The translations under genes and the position numbers were made by a program. Of a stretch of 64,000 nucleotides of DNA, positions 61,278-64,000 are shown in pieces (within the stretch, counting starts at the first letter, position 1; every line of letters starts with the position of its first letter). The stretch comes from a candidate division TM6 bacterium GW2011_GWF2_28_16 (GTDB lineage Bacteria; Babelota; Babeliae; Babelales; UASB340), in NCBI GenBank assembly GCA_000989185.1, contig LBNX01000002.1:358012-422011 (forward strand). Reading direction: 5' to 3'. The notes beneath the pieces are model-generated. The model saw only the letters and a list, made by a program, of their open reading frames with translations, did not search any database and was not told the origin of the DNA.

Positions 61278-61721
61278 ATGCAAGACGTTGTAACTCAGGG
61301 TGTGCAAGTAGATAATGTAGCGCCTGTAGCCACGGGAAAATTTGAAGCTATTATAGCTTGGATAAAGGCGATGTGGGATAAGATCGATATCAAAAAATGG
61401 TCGGAAGAAATTGGAGGCTCATCTTCAATGGCAGTTCAAGCTGCAATTTATTTTGGTTTGGGCTTCGCTTTTGGTTTTTTATTTAAAAAATATTTTAAAT
61501 TTATATTTTTTACTCTTTTATTTGCAATGGTTATTGTATTAGTTTTAGAATATAACAATGTTGTTGCAATAGATTGGAAAGCTTTAAATATATTTTTAGG
61601 TTTAGACCCTGCAACAGATTTTGGTGTTTTGTTAAATAATTCATTTGAATGGATTAAACAAAATTTAGTAATATTTATTTCTGGTACAGTTGGGTTTTTA
61701 ATTGGATATAAATTAGGATAA
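61278..61721 (+). CDS. Small membrane protein, possibly FUN14-like
   Basis: SD AGGGAG. Pattern GLGFAFGFLFKKYFK...VLEYNNVVAIDWKAL resembles FUN14-family proteins as recalled (weak). Three hydrophobic segments. Confidence 0.45.
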   Translation: MQDVVTQGVQVDNVAPVATGKFEAIIAWIKAMWDKIDIKKWSEEIGGSSSMAVQAAIYFGLGFAFGFLFKKYFKFIFFTLLFAMVIVLVLEYNNVVAIDWKALNIFLGLDPATDFGVLLNNSFEWIKQNLVIFISGTVGFLIGYKLG

Positions 61722-61728
61722 TTTTATT

Positions 61729-62970
61729 GTGCTTTTTTATAATTTATTTTCAAAAGAAGCCAAAATAGAAAAGGGAATTACTGAACAGCCTATAGTTGAT
61801 TTGGTAGATTCCCTTTTAATAATAGCAATAGAGTATTCTGTTTCTGATATTCATCTTGAACAAACTCAAGATGAGTTAAAAGTTCGTTATAGAATAGATG
61901 GTATTCTATATGATCAAAATCCTGTAAATCAAGATTACGGCGAATCTATAATTTCGCGATTAAAAATTTTATCTGGACTTGATATTGCTCAAAAACGTAT
62001 GCCTCAAGATGGTAAAATTTTGGTAAGTTTTATAAAAGATTCTTCTGGTCAGGATAACAAAATAGATATGCGTATTTCTACATTTCCAACTATTTATGGT
62101 GAAAAAATGGTTATACGTATTCTTGATAAAGAGCAAAATAAAATAGACTTAAATTGTTTGGGTATGCCATCAGAAGTTTTAACTAGTTTATATAATTTAA
62201 TAGACAGACCATATGGCTTTTTTTTGTTAACAGGGCCTACAGGTTCTGGAAAAACTACAACTTTATATTCTATATTATCTTATTTAAATAATGGGGAAAA
62301 AAACATAGTCACTATGGAAGATCCCGTCGAGTATAATATAGATGGAATTATTCAAAGCCAAATTAATGAAAAAGCTGGGTTTACATTTGAAAAAGGCTTA
62401 CGTTCTATTTTGCGTCAAGATCCAGACGTTATAATGATTGGAGAAATTAGAGATAAAGTTACAGCAAAAATTGCTATAGAATCAGCATTAACTGGTCATT
62501 TGGTTTTTAGTACATTGCATACCAATGATACTGTTAGTGCTATTAATAGATTAATAGATATGGGAGTAGAGCCATTTTTGGTAAATGCTGCACTTACCGG
62601 AGTATTGTCTCAAAGATTAGTAAGAAAACTTTGTACTAACTGTATGCAACAAGATATTATTACAATACAAGAAAAAGAATTTATAAAAAATAAAAATATT
62701 AATTTAGATAAATTTAATTTGGATAAAATTAATCGTCCTTGTGGCTGTGCTTCTTGTTATGATCTTGGGTATAAAGGGCGTATAGGTATTTTTGAATTAT
62801 TAAAAGTAGATGATAATATAAGAGATTTTGTAGCAAAAAAAGCTACAGAATCTCAGATTAAAGAATTTTTAATTTCTCAAAATATGCAATTTTTACAAGG
62901 CAGTGCATTAAAACTTGTAGAAGCTGGAGTGATATCTCTAGAAGAATTTTTTAAAGCTATTTCTTTATAA
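61729..62970 (+). CDS. GspE/PilB-family secretion ATPase (type II secretion / type IV pilus), short N-terminus
   Basis: Walker A GPTGSGKTTT, Asp box MEDPVEY, Walker B/His box LRQDPDVIMIGEIRD and GHLVFSTLHTND, tetracysteine CTNC...CGCASC. GTG start 8 nt after the upstream gene. Confidence 0.85.
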   Translation: MLFYNLFSKEAKIEKGITEQPIVDLVDSLLIIAIEYSVSDIHLEQTQDELKVRYRIDGILYDQNPVNQDYGESIISRLKILSGLDIAQKRMPQDGKILVSFIKDSSGQDNKIDMRISTFPTIYGEKMVIRILDKEQNKIDLNCLGMPSEVLTSLYNLIDRPYGFFLLTGPTGSGKTTTLYSILSYLNNGEKNIVTMEDPVEYNIDGIIQSQINEKAGFTFEKGLRSILRQDPDVIMIGEIRDKVTAKIAIESALTGHLVFSTLHTNDTVSAINRLIDMGVEPFLVNAALTGVLSQRLVRKLCTNCMQQDIITIQEKEFIKNKNINLDKFNLDKINRPCGCASCYDLGYKGRIGIFELLKVDDNIRDFVAKKATESQIKEFLISQNMQFLQGSALKLVEAGVISLEEFFKAISL

Positions 62971-63453
62971 AATATTATTTTTTTTATTTAAATTTTTATA
63001 AAAAACAAAATAGCCTGTTCCTGCTGCAGCTAAAACGGTCAAATATAAAAATGTTTTTGTAAAAGTACTTAATTTTTGTTTATTATTACTATTAATTATT
63101 TTTAAAATATTTGTTAATTCTTTTATTTGTTTAAATAAATTATTGTCTTGAATTTTGGGATATTCTTTTTCTAGAGCATTTAATTTAAGATCAATATTTT
63201 TAATTTTTTTATTTAATAAATTAATATTTTTATTTTTTTCGTTTAAATTATAAATAGCTTCTAAATCATGTAAAATATTTTCTAGTTCTTTAATAACTAT
63301 TTTATTAATAATATTTAATTCGCTTGAAATAGTTTTTGATACAGTGTTTATTTCTGTAATCGTTTCTTCTTGTAAATTGCAAAATAAATTATTAAAAAAT
63401 ATATTAAATATAATTAATAAAAATATATTTAATTTAAACTTTAATTTTTGCAT
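62965..63453 (-). CDS. Signal-peptide/coiled-coil protein with a C-terminal TM, unknown function
   Basis: ATG 63453 (MQKLKFKLNIFLLIIFNIFF...) lies 2 nt after the dnaJ stop; the track ORF extends into dnaJ. C-terminal TM FLYLTVLAAAGTGYFVFY. Confidence 0.5.
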   Translation of the reverse strand: MQKLKFKLNIFLLIIFNIFFNNLFCNLQEETITEINTVSKTISSELNIINKIVIKELENILHDLEAIYNLNEKNKNINLLNKKIKNIDLKLNALEKEYPKIQDNNLFKQIKELTNILKIINSNNKQKLSTFTKTFLYLTVLAAAGTGYFVFYKNLNKKNNIL

Positions 63454-63454
63454 T

Positions 63455-64000
63455 TTATCCCAAAAATTTTTTAAAAAATCCAGAAATTCCTGAACCAGAG
63501 CTGTTTGATGCATCGTTACCAATTTTATCTGCATAGTCTAGCAATACTTCTTTAGCCTTTGATGATAATTTTGTTGGAATATGACATTTTGTAATAATAA
63601 CCAAATTACCTCTAGCTAAACTACCTGGAACTGTAAAGCCTTTGCCTGGAATTATTATTTGTTCATCAACAGGACAACCTTTACTAATTTTTACAGCTTG
63701 TATTTGTCCATCGATATTTTCTATATCTACTTGGCAACCCAAAACTAATTGAGGGTAAGTTAAATTTAAATTTGTTACAAGATCATTATTTTTACGCCAG
63801 AATTTTTTGTCTGTTGCTACGCTAACGTTTATATAAAGATCGCCAGTTTCTCCCCCAAATACACCGGCATCACCTCTGCTTTTAACTCTTAATTCAGCAT
63901 CATTATAAACTCCAGCAGGAATATTTATTGTTATATTTTCTCTATTTTGTACTCTTGATTGTCCTTTGCATGTTGGGCAAGGGGTTTTTATTGTAAAACC
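63455..64000 (-). CDS. dnaJ: Chaperone DnaJ, C-terminal part (N-terminus outside the window)
   Basis: The frame stays open to the window edge. Translation GFTIKTPCPTCKGQSRV...IPAGVYNDAELRVKSRGDAG...GDLYINV...RGNLVI covers the last Zn-finger CxxCxG and the CTD I/II. Track ORF 63455..63742 starts at an internal TTG. Confidence 0.9.
   Translation of the reverse strand, partial: GFTIKTPCPTCKGQSRVQNRENITINIPAGVYNDAELRVKSRGDAGVFGGETGDLYINVSVATDKKFWRKNNDLVTNLNLTYPQLVLGCQVDIENIDGQIQAVKISKGCPVDEQIIIPGKGFTVPGSLARGNLVIITKCHIPTKLSSKAKEVLLDYADKIGNDASNSSGSGISGFFKKFLG

Noticed and set aside
1-64000. Search for a transposase, integrase, phage or plasmid gene, IS element or genomic-island boundary that could explain the repeats.
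   Set aside because: No ORF in the six-frame track shows DDE, HUH, tyrosine- or serine-recombinase or phage structural motifs that I could recognise. The repeats appear non-autonomous within this window.
1-64000. Alternative genetic code (TGA read as Trp or Gly) given the extreme AT content.
   Set aside because: Several well-supported genes terminate at TGA where homologs end (for example 463 and 23677), and conserved genes contain no in-frame TGA. The standard bacterial code fits.

Overview
64-kb window from a very AT-rich (by eye well above 70% A+T, not computed), gene-dense bacterial chromosome using the standard code. The backbone is housekeeping plus diderm-envelope genes: gmd and glycosyltransferases, an MsbA-like exporter, glyA, efp, nusB, kdsA, ndk, rpsA, lon, a lolD-like ATPase, murJ, bamA, potABCD, lepB, metG, sufS/sufU, pepA, an ABC-F ATPase, ychF, miaB, tRNA-Cys, tRNA-Leu, hup, a GspE/PilB-like ATPase and a partial dnaJ. 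Between these lie orphan secreted or eukaryote-like proteins: an ankyrin-like pair, an LRR protein, two 7-TM PQ-loop transporters, a PLC-like protein, an acidic repeat protein and a membrane-embedded MutS paralog. This mix suggests a reduced, host-associated (amoeba-type intracellular) diderm, possibly Dependentiae/TM6-like; that is inference only. I found no rRNA, CRISPR array, transposase, integrase or prophage. The most unusual signal is non-genic. At least three families of GC-rich palindromic mini-elements are scattered through the AT-rich background. (1) A ~30-nt hairpin with 8 copies whose two arm variants differ by fully compensatory changes. (2) A ~140-bp MITE-like element with 2 mutually inverted copies, four hairpins and compensatory stem substitutions. 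(3) A ~70-bp element bounded by inverted repeats. Several copies sit in frame inside ORFs (a GT4 glycosyltransferase, a NurA-like nuclease, the ABC-F ATPase), and one is a nested insertion, much like Rickettsia palindromic elements. Other leads: tandem ankyrin-like paralogs ending in an invariant CCCEQF, a duplicated module of secreted protein plus PQ-loop transporter with a shared 85-nt 5' cassette, a G8 tract in a PilN-like gene, and a shared leader motif on two candidate effectors. All functional calls rest on motif recognition by eye; no searches were run.
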